Below are positions 1-9,163 of a stretch of 64,000 bases of DNA, one piece after another (the stretch's first letter is position 1; each line of letters opens with the position of its first letter). The stretch lies in the IMG/VR virus record IMGVR_UViG_3300025770_001492, positions 181,523-245,522 of that record; one strand, given 5' to 3'. The notes beneath the pieces were generated by a model. That model saw only the letters and a program-made list of their open reading frames with translations. It searched no databases and was not told the origin of the DNA. Both the position numbers and the translations under genes were made by a program.

Positions 1-263
1 CTGTGGGAGCAGAATTTGTGCTGTTCTTCAGGAAACTCCCAAGCCTTATCATTTGCTTCTTTTATTTCTATTTTTGGATTTTCACTTTTCATTTGATGAA
101 TATAATCGACATCTTCTGGGTTATCGGTATTAAGCCAGATTTGCCACTCATCAATGATGTCGCACTTTTCTACATATTTTCTTAATAGTTTTAAGTTTTT
201 CTTTCGTCCTGCCGGTGTTACGGCAACAACTTTGTATATTTTACTTTTTCCTGAAATAGGCAT
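1..263 (-). CDS. Partial glycosyltransferase-like protein (runs off the left edge; not in ORF track)
   Basis: Manual translation from ATG at 263: MPISGKSKIYKVVAVTPAGRKKNLKLLRKYVEKCDIIDEWQIWLNTDNPED..., open to the edge; VTPAGR and W.NT pattern recalled from phage GT-A-like proteins; overlaps the TylF stop. Confidence 0.55.
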   Translation of the reverse strand, partial: MPISGKSKIYKVVAVTPAGRKKNLKLLRKYVEKCDIIDEWQIWLNTDNPEDVDYIHQMKSENPKIEIKEANDKAWEFPEEQHKFCSH

Positions 264-903
264 GTACTGATCCTTGAAGTGTTTTTACATTTAAATCATT
301 TATTGTTTCTGGTTTGTCGTTTAAAAATTCATCCACGGCTTCTTTTGCTCCAGGAAAATCTATTAAACCATAGTCATCTATCACGCAAACAGAACCCTTT
401 GTCAGTCTAGGATAGACGCCTTCAATGCTTGTCTTAATAGATTCATACAAGTCTCCGTCTAAATGTGCAAAACATATTTGATCGGGAAGATGTTTTGGAA
501 CTGTATTTTCAAACCAGCCTGGAATTACTTTTTTGCATCCTAATAGATCGAATACCGAAAGATTTTTAAGAAGAACGTCTGGTGATGTTGCAAACATGCC
601 GGGTTTTGCCCAAGGATGATTTTCGTATTTCCATGGACCACCTCGGCTAGGCTTGTCTTTTTCGGAAAAATCAGGCAATCCTTGAAATGAATCAAGTAGA
701 TATAGATCTTTGTCAGATTTTTGCCACTCCATTACTGCCGCTATTACTCTTGTGGATAATCCGTCGCATGTCCCCAATTCAGCAACATCGCCTTCCACGC
801 CATATTCCAGCACTTGAGTAACAAGGTGGTAATGGTTCATTAGACGAGAAGAATTCATCCTTGGGTCGTTGATATTTAATAGGGCTTTTATTTTATTGTT
901 CAT
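241..903 (-). CDS. TylF/MycF/NovP-family SAM-dependent sugar O-methyltransferase
   Basis: GDVAELG, DSFQGLP, GWFENT, HLDGDLYES and IDDYG motifs. Confidence 0.9.
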   Translation of the reverse strand: MNNKIKALLNINDPRMNSSRLMNHYHLVTQVLEYGVEGDVAELGTCDGLSTRVIAAVMEWQKSDKDLYLLDSFQGLPDFSEKDKPSRGGPWKYENHPWAKPGMFATSPDVLLKNLSVFDLLGCKKVIPGWFENTVPKHLPDQICFAHLDGDLYESIKTSIEGVYPRLTKGSVCVIDDYGLIDFPGAKEAVDEFLNDKPETINDLNVKTLQGSVHAYFRKK

Positions 904-962
904 TTTTAGATCCTTCGATTTTAAATTAGTAGAATTTCGATTTTAATCATAAATAATGTATC

Positions 963-1391
963 ATGAATTTTAAAGACTTTATTGTATCAGAAGAAGATAT
1001 GGCACCGATGGGAGACCCTATGGGCGGTGGAATGCCGATGGGAGACCCTATGGGCGGTGGAATGCCGATGGACCCTATGGGTGGAGCACCCCCAATGGAC
1101 CCTATGGGAGGGATGGGTGGAGGAGCACCCCCAATGGACCCTATGGGAGGGATGGGTGGAGGAGCACCAGGCGGCGTTCAACCACCAATACAATTTAAAC
1201 CTAATTCTGTTTGGGATGTTTTAGATAAAATATTAAATGGAGAGCCTGTTAACGATAAAGAAGATGAAGAAAAAGAAAAAGAAAAAGAAGTAGATCAATC
1301 TGGACAAGAAAATTTAGATATGTTAAGTTCCCCTCAACAGCAAGAACCGGGAATGGCCCCCACTGGTCAAGTTGAGAATCCTCAGCTTTAA
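963..1391 (+). CDS. Low-complexity Met/Gly/Pro protein with capsid-targeting-like N-terminus
   Basis: MNFKDFIVSEE start; PMDPMGG repeats; TAAATA 7 nt upstream. Confidence 0.7.
   Translation: MNFKDFIVSEEDMAPMGDPMGGGMPMGDPMGGGMPMDPMGGAPPMDPMGGMGGGAPPMDPMGGMGGGAPGGVQPPIQFKPNSVWDVLDKILNGEPVNDKEDEEKEKEKEVDQSGQENLDMLSSPQQQEPGMAPTGQVENPQL
1005..1168 (+). repeat. Coding tandem repeats (30-nt unit x2, then 39-nt unit x2)
   Basis: ccgatgggagaccctatgggcggtggaatg at 1005 and 1035; ggagcacccccaatggaccctatgggagggatgggtgga at 1083 and 1122. Confidence 0.9.
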
Positions 1392-1423
1392 ATAAACATA
1401 TTATTTTTTACTAGTGGTGATAT

Positions 1424-2548
1424 ATGGTGGACAAAACCCCCAATGCAGTTGGAAGAGTTTTGCTGTTTTCTGATTTGCATATCCATCCTCACAAGCGAAA
1501 AACAGAACGTCTTGAGGATTGTCTAAAAGTTTTGGAATGGGTTTTCGATACTGCCATCGAACGAGGAATTGAAAACATTCTCTTTGGCGGCGATCTTTTC
1601 CATGACAGGCAAAAAATAGATGTCTTAACTTATCAGCGAACATTCGAGATATTTGACAAAAAGATATCAGAATGGAGAAAGGGCAACGGCGAAGCCAAAA
1701 TTTGGCTTTTGTTGGGCAATCATGATTTGTGGCACCTTAAAAAACATGATGTGTCTAGCGTGTACCCCCTTGCTGCTATAGATGGCGTTGAAATTATTTC
1801 AGAACCCTGTACTCGAACTATTTGCTCGAACTCTGAGGGAGAAGAATTTCAGGTTAGCTTTCTTCCGTACACGCACAATCCGCCTGAAGATCTTGGAAAA
1901 ATAGAAAATAAGTCTGAGAACAAAGTTTTAGTCGGGCATATAGCAATTGATAATGCTGTCTGGAACAGACTCCACGGAACTCGTTCAGAAGTTTCAATTG
2001 AACACGATGGAGACATGATCAAAGTTGACACTAAAATATTTGACGGATGGAATCAGGTATTTCTAGGACACTACCACGCAGAGCAACAGTTGGATTTCAA
2101 TACTGAGTACATAGGAAGCCCTTTGCAGTTGAGTTTTGGAGAGGCTTTTCAACACAAACACATAGTCCAATTCGATTTAAAAAACAACGACAAAGAATAT
2201 ATCAGAAACACATTCAGTCCTCAGCATTTTATAATTCCAGAAGCCGATTTGGAAAAATATGTTTTAGATAATAATTTTATCAGAGTTCTTGTGGAAGATA
2301 TATCTGATTCTAAAACTATAGAGATGAGGCAAAAGCTGACTGAAGACAACGATGTCGGCAGTTTGGAAATTCAGCAATCATCAAAGAAAAAAGAAGAACA
2401 CATAGTCGAGGATGCTAAGGCTATTTTGTTCAAAGAAGAAGAAATGTTAGATCAATACGTTGATGAAGTAGAGAAGGGTTCTGGTTTGGACACACTGGAA
2501 AAAGAACATCTGCTAGAAATTGGTAAGAATATATTACAGTCAGAGTAA
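1424..2548 (+). CDS. Mre11/SbcD-like metallophosphoesterase nuclease (T4 gp47-like)
   Basis: SDLH, GGDLFH, GNHD, GHYH motifs; next to the Rad50-like ATPase. Confidence 0.92.
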   Translation: MVDKTPNAVGRVLLFSDLHIHPHKRKTERLEDCLKVLEWVFDTAIERGIENILFGGDLFHDRQKIDVLTYQRTFEIFDKKISEWRKGNGEAKIWLLLGNHDLWHLKKHDVSSVYPLAAIDGVEIISEPCTRTICSNSEGEEFQVSFLPYTHNPPEDLGKIENKSENKVLVGHIAIDNAVWNRLHGTRSEVSIEHDGDMIKVDTKIFDGWNQVFLGHYHAEQQLDFNTEYIGSPLQLSFGEAFQHKHIVQFDLKNNDKEYIRNTFSPQHFIIPEADLEKYVLDNNFIRVLVEDISDSKTIEMRQKLTEDNDVGSLEIQQSSKKKEEHIVEDAKAILFKEEEMLDQYVDEVEKGSGLDTLEKEHLLEIGKNILQSE

Positions 2549-2557
2549 GATTTTAAA

Positions 2558-3430
2558 ATGAAAGACGCAATAATTTCTTGGGCTAGTGGTTACGATTTCT
2601 GCCGCTTACCGGAATTCAATATATTTCTAAACTCTATTAGAAGATCTGGCTTCAAGGGCGACGTTGTTCTGTTTAGTCACGATCTCGATGATGAAATCCA
2701 TGACAAATTTTTGTCAATGGACTACAAGATAGTGATGACGGAGAAAGATAGAGTTCATTTGGTTGTAAGAGACAGGTTTTTACTGCTTTATGAATGGCTA
2801 ATAAAGAACGGGGACAATTATGACAACATCATAATGACAGACTCAAAAGACGTACTCTTCCAAAAAAATCCTTCTGACTACTTTTACATGAGGCAACTTT
2901 GTGCAGAAGGTGACAGGCCATTCACGAATCTGGGTGAAGAACAATCAATGAGCCACCAAGAACTTGAGAAATACGTTCTTTTGTGTTGCGAGGGAAGTGT
3001 CCACTACAAAAGCGAATGGAATTCTCAGAATCAAATTCGACTGCAAATGAATGTAGATGAATTCAAAATGCCTTTTATTAAAAGGCCAATAATTAATTCT
3101 GGATTCATCGCAGGAAGTCCAGAAGAATTGAAAAATCTATGTTTATTAATGTGGTCAAATTCTATCAGAACTGTTACAAAATTAAGTGAACAGGCAACTC
3201 TTAATTATCTTTATTTCTTTTTAGAGAAAGACCCCATTTACAAGCTTTATTATCCTCAAGACGATCCGTTTTGCTTGACAGGAGAAGGCGTTAAGCAAGG
3301 GTGGGTTGAATGTACAAAAATGAAAAAAGACGGATTAGTTTACAATTCTGAAACGGATATGCCTTACTTTGCTTTCCACCAATGGGAAAGAACCCAATAT
3401 AGAGATGAAATAATGGAGATGTATTCATGA
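2558..3430 (+). CDS. Putative GT-A-fold glycosyltransferase-like protein
   Basis: IMTDSKDVLFQKNP (DxxD), INSGFIAG, EQATLNY. Confidence 0.55.
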   Translation: MKDAIISWASGYDFCRLPEFNIFLNSIRRSGFKGDVVLFSHDLDDEIHDKFLSMDYKIVMTEKDRVHLVVRDRFLLLYEWLIKNGDNYDNIIMTDSKDVLFQKNPSDYFYMRQLCAEGDRPFTNLGEEQSMSHQELEKYVLLCCEGSVHYKSEWNSQNQIRLQMNVDEFKMPFIKRPIINSGFIAGSPEELKNLCLLMWSNSIRTVTKLSEQATLNYLYFFLEKDPIYKLYYPQDDPFCLTGEGVKQGWVECTKMKKDGLVYNSETDMPYFAFHQWERTQYRDEIMEMYS

Positions 3431-5460
3431 TAGATCTGAAATTTAACTTTGTTGCAGCACAAAACTTTCTTTGTTTTGGGCCTGAAGGTATTGAGGTAGA
3501 CCTTACAGAATACGGAAATATCATTTTGATTCGTGGAGAAAACATGGATGTTTTCGAAGAAGAAGAGAAAGTGTCTTCAAATGGCGTTGGGAAGTCCTCA
3601 ATACCAGAAACGATTGTGTATACCCTTTATGGCAAAACAATAAAGCAACCCAACAAATTAAGTCACAATAATGTGATTAATAATAAGACTGGGAAGAAAT
3701 TAAGAACAGAGGCCAGATGGGATAACTTTAGAGTTATTAGAACTAGAAAGCCTGATTCATTGAGAATTTGGGAGTCTCCAGACGGAGATTGGAGTCAAAT
3801 TGATAATGAAGGATGGGCAGACCAACATGAGATTTCTTTAGGAGGCATGCCCGCTACTCAGAAGTTAATAGAAGAAAAGATTGGTTTAAACTATCAAACA
3901 TTTGTCAATGTGGCTGTCTTTACAGACAATAACTCTGGATCTTTTTTAGAATGCGATACTCCAACTAAACGTCAAATCGTAGAAAACTTATTAAGCTTAG
4001 ACAAATATAGGCATTATTCTGAGACCGCTAAAAAGTCTAGAAATGAATTTAAAGAAAATATAAAATTAATTTCATCTGAGTATGATCGAGTTCTTGGTGA
4101 TAAAACATCGTGCGACAATAGGTTAAAGCAAGCGAAAGAAGAAGAAGTATCTTGGAAAAAAGATAAAGAACAAGAGATAGTCACATTAAAGGCTTTTATA
4201 GAAAAAACAAAGTTAAAATTAGCCGAAACGGATTTGGGCGATGCGATTAATGAATACAGAAGTGCCCAAGAGGAAATAGAGACCATTGATTTGTCAATTA
4301 AAGAAAAAGATTCAGTTCTAGCAAAGGTTAAGACTTTGTTGGACAAGGCTACCGAAAAGTTAAATTCTGAATCTGTTTTAAAAAATGATTCGTTTAATAA
4401 AATAAACTCACTATCAAGCTCTATAGCATCTTTGCAACGAGAAGTTTCTAAAAATGAAAAAACTATAGAAAATTATGAATCTAAGAAGGACACCAAATGC
4501 CCCACATGCTTGGGATTTGTCAAAGAAGAAAATTACATTTCTTTAGTAGATTCATGTAAAGAGATTATATCATCGAAGAATTCAGAGATAAACAATCTCA
4601 CAACGCAAAAGAACACAGAAGATGCGGCTTTTCAAAAACAAGAATCTTCGATATCTAAAATAAACGAAAGCATAAATACTGGACAAAACCATTATCGTTT
4701 ACATTCAAAGCAGATAGACGACTTTAGAAATAGAAGATCTATCTTAGAGAAGATAGAAAAGCCAGAAGGCGATGTTCAAACAGCGGTTTTAACTTCTAAA
4801 ATAGATGAATCAAAAAAACAAATAGTAAATATAGAAGAGCAAATAAAAGGAACGTCTCCCTATGAAGCAATCATCAAGAGATGTAAAGAAGAGTTTTTAA
4901 GCAAAGAAAAGGAATGTTTATCTAAAAGAACAGAATTGAAAAAAGCTGAGAAAGAATTGCCTTACTATGAATTCTGGGTTAAAGCTTTTGGAGATTCTGG
5001 AATTAGGAAGATTGTAGTAGACGGCATAGTGCCAGCACTTAACTCTAGAGTGTCCCATTGGTTACAATTTTTAATTGATGGAAAAATTTCTTTATCTTTC
5101 AACAATCAGTTTGAAGAAACCATTGATAGAAATCCAAAAGATGGCGATCCTTTTGTTTACTACGCAATGAGCGGCGGCGAAAGGAGAAGGCTTAATTTAG
5201 CTGTTTCTCAAGCGTTTGCACACGTCATGATGCTTAACTCTGGGGCTTCACCATCTTTAGTATTTTTGGATGAAGTTACCACAAACATCGACCCAATTGG
5301 TGTCCAAGGCGTCTACAATATGATTGTCGAACTATCGAATCATAAACAAGTCTTTGTTACAACTCATGACCATGATTTATTGGACATGTTATCTGGTTGT
5401 AAAAGTATTAATTTAAAGAAAATTAACGGATTCACAACGCTCTGTGATGACCGTAATTAA
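3427..5460 (+). CDS. Rad50/SbcC-like ABC ATPase (T4 gp46-like)
   Basis: Walker A NGVGKSS, zinc hook CPTC within coiled coil, signature MSGGE, Walker B LVFLDE, H-loop TTH. Confidence 0.93.
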   Translation: MIDLKFNFVAAQNFLCFGPEGIEVDLTEYGNIILIRGENMDVFEEEEKVSSNGVGKSSIPETIVYTLYGKTIKQPNKLSHNNVINNKTGKKLRTEARWDNFRVIRTRKPDSLRIWESPDGDWSQIDNEGWADQHEISLGGMPATQKLIEEKIGLNYQTFVNVAVFTDNNSGSFLECDTPTKRQIVENLLSLDKYRHYSETAKKSRNEFKENIKLISSEYDRVLGDKTSCDNRLKQAKEEEVSWKKDKEQEIVTLKAFIEKTKLKLAETDLGDAINEYRSAQEEIETIDLSIKEKDSVLAKVKTLLDKATEKLNSESVLKNDSFNKINSLSSSIASLQREVSKNEKTIENYESKKDTKCPTCLGFVKEENYISLVDSCKEIISSKNSEINNLTTQKNTEDAAFQKQESSISKINESINTGQNHYRLHSKQIDDFRNRRSILEKIEKPEGDVQTAVLTSKIDESKKQIVNIEEQIKGTSPYEAIIKRCKEEFLSKEKECLSKRTELKKAEKELPYYEFWVKAFGDSGIRKIVVDGIVPALNSRVSHWLQFLIDGKISLSFNNQFEETIDRNPKDGDPFVYYAMSGGERRRLNLAVSQAFAHVMMLNSGASPSLVFLDEVTTNIDPIGVQGVYNMIVELSNHKQVFVTTHDHDLLDMLSGCKSINLKKINGFTTLCDDRN

Positions 5461-5569
5461 TAATGATTTTTTTTTATAAAAAAACAAATCATAAGCTTTA
5501 GATAATGTTCCCCATACACTCAAATATAAAACTTAAATAATTTTTAAAAGAAAAAAAAGAGGACAAAAT

Positions 5570-8500
5570 ATGTCAATTCGTGCATTGCAAGATTATACGT
5601 ATTATTCAAAATACGCACGTTACAACAAAAAAGAAATAAGAAGAGAAACATGGAATGAAGCGAGCGGTAGAGTCGAAGACATGCACATTAGGAAGTACCC
5701 AGAAGTTGAAGAAGACATTAGGTGGGCGTTTAAGATTTCTAAAGATAAAAGAGTATTAGGATCACAAAGAGCATTGCAGTTCGGAGGCACTCCCATAGAA
5801 AAGAAAAATGCAAGAATGTATAATTGCACTGTTTCTTTTTGTGATCGGATGAGATTTTTTCAAGAGTGCTTTTGGCTTTTGCTTTGTGGATGTGGAACAG
5901 GATTTTCTGTTCAAAAACACCACATTGGAAAACTACCCGACTTTGTGGAAAATTTAAATGGTGAACGTGGACTCAGTTCCCGTAAAGAAAGAATATTCAC
6001 AGTCCCAGATACAATTGAAGGCTGGGCAGATTCACTAGGAATTTTGCTGGCCACTTATATGCCTCATCCTGACTACCTCGACTGGAAAGGATGCAATGTT
6101 AAATTTGACTTTTCTCAAATCAGACCCAAAGGAGCACATTTGGCATCAGGAGTTGGAAAAGCTCCTGGTCCAGAACCTCTGATACAAGCTTTGAAAACGA
6201 TTAGGGAAATGCTTGATGAGCGTGTAAAGCAAGGCCACACACGTCTGAGGACAATCGATGCATATGATGTAATTATGCACGCTAGTGATGCGGTTTTGTC
6301 TGGTGGCGTTCGTAGATCTGCAACCATTTGCATTTTCGCACCAGACGATGAAGACATGATTAATGCAAAAACGGGGAATTGGTTTGTCGATAACCCTCAA
6401 CGAGCACGATCTAACAACTCTGCACTGTTGCTAAGAAACGAAACTTCAAAAGATGAATTTGAAAAAATTATGACTGCTGTGAAGCAGTTTGGAGAGCCAG
6501 GTTTTTACTTTAGCGACAGCACGGAACAGCTTCCAAATCCGTGCTTTCATAAAGATACACGTATTGCCACCAAAGATGGACTCGTTGGGATTGAGAGCCT
6601 TTATAAATCTGGCCAGCTTAACGAAGTGGTTGCAGATAATCGGGCTGGTGCCGGTGATGAATTAAACTTAGAAAACACTGGTGTTTCATTACTTCCTGCG
6701 TCAAGAGTCAAGCTGACTCAAAAGAATGCAGATATTTATGAGGTTCGCACCAAGCATGGGCACTCTGTCAAAGTGACATTAAATCATGAATTTCCAACAA
6801 CAAGAGGCAGGCTTCAACTAAAAGATATGGTTGAAGGAGATGAAATTCTCCTTCAATCAGAAGAAGGTTCGTGGGGAGATCGTGGATCTTATTCTCAAGG
6901 GCTTATTCTTGGAATGATCACTGGTGATGGTACTTTTTCCACGAAAGAAAAAAACAACAAACCTTTCAACGAAGCATTTATTGATGTTTGGGAAGATGAC
7001 TTTGGTCAATTAGGGCTTATTCAAAGCGTTGTAAATGACGAGATTATGGAATTGCCCAGCCTAAGCAATGGCGGTAGAAAATACGGCTGCTTAGAGTGGG
7101 TTAATCAAACAACAAACGAAACAACAGACAAAAATAGAATTGGCGGAAGCCGACTTTATAGATTTCTTGTTGAAGTTCTTGGAATTGAAAACCCACGATC
7201 TATAAAAAACAAACTGCCAGAATGTGTTTGGCAAGGCTCTAGAGAGTTTGTTCAAGGATACTTGCAAGGGTTGTTTTTTGCAGATGGCAGTACACAAATG
7301 TCAGGCCATGGAACAAAGGCCACTCTTTCTTATAGGCTGAACCAAAGCAATGAAAAATTGCTTCAGGAAGTGCAGAATATTCTTTCTAATTTTGGAATAG
7401 TTTCAAACATCTGCCTTAGACGTGAGGAAGGACATCGACTTCTTCCCGATGGAAGCGGTGGAAAGAAAGATTATTTTTGCAAAGCAAATTATGACTTGAT
7501 CATGAACCGACCAAATGCAATTGTTTTTGATGAAAAAGTTGATTGGATTGGTCGCAAAAAAGTAATCTGTGAAAGTTTTTGGGAAATCCGAGGTAAGGAT
7601 TGCAGAAAGCCAGAGAGATTTAAAACAAAAATAGAATCAATCGAGTATGATTCTACCGATGATGTTTTTTGTTTGAAACAACCAAAAACCAATACTGTTA
7701 TTGCAAATGGCTGTGTAGTTGGACAGTGCGTTGAAATCGGAATGTGGCCTGTAGATGAAAAAACAGGAGAAAGCGGGTGGCAGTTCTGCAATCTTTGCGA
7801 AATCAATGGTAAAAAAATAAAGTCAAAAGAAGACTTTGAAATAGCAGCGAAAGCAGCGGCTATAATCGGAACGTTGCAGGCAGGATATGCTAGTTTTGAT
7901 TATCTCGGAAAAACTACAGAAAACATTGTCAAAAGAGAAGCTTTGCTTGGGGTCTCTATAACTGGAATGCAAGACAATCCTGACATTATCTTTGATCCTA
8001 AGACTCAAAGAGAAATGGCAAAGTTGGTTGTTAAAGTCAATAAAGAAATGGCTGCTAAAATTGGAATCAATCCAGCCGCAAGATGCACATGTGTAAAACC
8101 AGCAGGAACAACTAGCTGTATGCTTGGGAGTGCAAGCGGAGTCCATCCGCATCATGCCAGAAGATACTTCAGACGAGTTCAAGCAAATTCTTTAGAGCCT
8201 GTTTATCAATATTTCAAGGAAAACAATCCTTGTGCTGTAGAAAAGAGTGCATACAAAAGCACTGATGGTGTGATAACTTTTTGCATAGAGGTTCCAGACG
8301 GTGCAAAAACTAAAAATGACATGCCTGCGTTGAGCTTGTTGGAGTGCGTTAAGTCAACCTATAACAATTGGGTAGAAAGCGGAAAGCAAAAAGAACTTTG
8401 CACTCAAGATTGGTTGACACACAATGTTTCCAATACGATAAATGTTCGCCCTGAAGAGTGGGATGAAGTTTCTGGTTACATATACAAAAACAGAAACTAT

Positions 8501-9037
8501 TTTTCAGGAATCGCTTTACTTCCTCAATCTGGAGATTTAGATTACACTCAGGCACCTATGTTAAATGTTCACACCCCAAGAGAAATTCTTAAAATGTATG
8601 GAGAAGGGTCTTTGATGGCAAGTGGGTTGATTGTAGGTGGTTTGCATGCGTTTGAAGATGATTTATGGAAAGCCTGCAACACTGTTTTAGGATTTGAAAC
8701 TCTTGAAGAGCCTTTGTTCCCAGAGAACTCACAACTAGAAAAAAACACAACTGAGGAATACACCATCGCTGCACTTCAGGCGTGGAAGGAAGAAACTGAA
8801 ATTTATGAGAAGAAAATCGATTGGGTCAGAAGAGTCGAGCAATTTGCAAAGAGATATTGTGAAGACGATGTTCGAAAATGCACTTACCTTTTGAAAGAAG
8901 TAAACAACTGGAAGAAGTGGCTAGACCTTCAGAGAGAGTATAAGGATATTGATTATACTCAACTAATTGAGAAAGAAGATACGACCAAGCCAATGGAAAC
9001 AATTGCCTGTGCTGGTGGTAAATGTGACATTATTTAG
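5570..9037 (+). CDS. nrdJ: Class II (B12-dependent, RTPR-type) ribonucleotide reductase containing an intein
   Basis: GVRRSATI, NPQRARSNNS, GEPGF, NP|CVEI after intein removal, TCVKPAGT, C-terminal CAGGKC redox pair. Confidence 0.92.
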   Translation: MSIRALQDYTYYSKYARYNKKEIRRETWNEASGRVEDMHIRKYPEVEEDIRWAFKISKDKRVLGSQRALQFGGTPIEKKNARMYNCTVSFCDRMRFFQECFWLLLCGCGTGFSVQKHHIGKLPDFVENLNGERGLSSRKERIFTVPDTIEGWADSLGILLATYMPHPDYLDWKGCNVKFDFSQIRPKGAHLASGVGKAPGPEPLIQALKTIREMLDERVKQGHTRLRTIDAYDVIMHASDAVLSGGVRRSATICIFAPDDEDMINAKTGNWFVDNPQRARSNNSALLLRNETSKDEFEKIMTAVKQFGEPGFYFSDSTEQLPNPCFHKDTRIATKDGLVGIESLYKSGQLNEVVADNRAGAGDELNLENTGVSLLPASRVKLTQKNADIYEVRTKHGHSVKVTLNHEFPTTRGRLQLKDMVEGDEILLQSEEGSWGDRGSYSQGLILGMITGDGTFSTKEKNNKPFNEAFIDVWEDDFGQLGLIQSVVNDEIMELPSLSNGGRKYGCLEWVNQTTNETTDKNRIGGSRLYRFLVEVLGIENPRSIKNKLPECVWQGSREFVQGYLQGLFFADGSTQMSGHGTKATLSYRLNQSNEKLLQEVQNILSNFGIVSNICLRREEGHRLLPDGSGGKKDYFCKANYDLIMNRPNAIVFDEKVDWIGRKKVICESFWEIRGKDCRKPERFKTKIESIEYDSTDDVFCLKQPKTNTVIANGCVVGQCVEIGMWPVDEKTGESGWQFCNLCEINGKKIKSKEDFEIAAKAAAIIGTLQAGYASFDYLGKTTENIVKREALLGVSITGMQDNPDIIFDPKTQREMAKLVVKVNKEMAAKIGINPAARCTCVKPAGTTSCMLGSASGVHPHHARRYFRRVQANSLEPVYQYFKENNPCAVEKSAYKSTDGVITFCIEVPDGAKTKNDMPALSLLECVKSTYNNWVESGKQKELCTQDWLTHNVSNTINVRPEEWDEVSGYIYKNRNYFSGIALLPQSGDLDYTQAPMLNVHTPREILKMYGEGSLMASGLIVGGLHAFEDDLWKACNTVLGFETLEEPLFPENSQLEKNTTEEYTIAALQAWKEETEIYEKKIDWVRRVEQFAKRYCEDDVRKCTYLLKEVNNWKKWLDLQREYKDIDYTQLIEKEDTTKPMETIACAGGKCDII
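6542..7726 (+). mobile_element. 395-aa intein with LAGLIDADG homing endonuclease, ending in Gly-Gln
   Basis: Starts CFHKDTRIAT; LILGMITGDG and YLQGLFFADG blocks; ends DVFCLKQPKTNTVIANGCVVGQ before the +1 catalytic Cys. Confidence 0.93.
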
Positions 9038-9060
9038 CTTTATTTAATTTTTCAAAAAGC

Positions 9061-9091
9061 AAAAAGCCCTTCAAAAATTGAAGGGCTTTTT
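9061..9091. terminator. Bidirectional intrinsic terminator
   Basis: aaaaagcccttc-aaaaatt-gaagggcttttt. Confidence 0.85.
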
Positions 9092-9163
9092 TATTTTAAG
9101 CTTGCATAAAACTATAATATTGGCAATAATTTGAAAAATCTAATCAAATAGGAGCGTGATCTT

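Noticed and set aside
3-185. Plus-strand 60-aa ORF at the left edge
   Set aside because: Antisense shadow of the minus-strand gene 1..263
1005-1168. 30-39 nt repeats as a possible CRISPR array
   Set aside because: Head-to-tail with no unique spacers, in frame within a CDS, no cas genes; the same holds for 11588..11697
982-1224. Trp-rich repeat ORFs (also 987..1193, 11457..11726, 11562..11744)
   Set aside because: Shadow frames of coding tandem repeats
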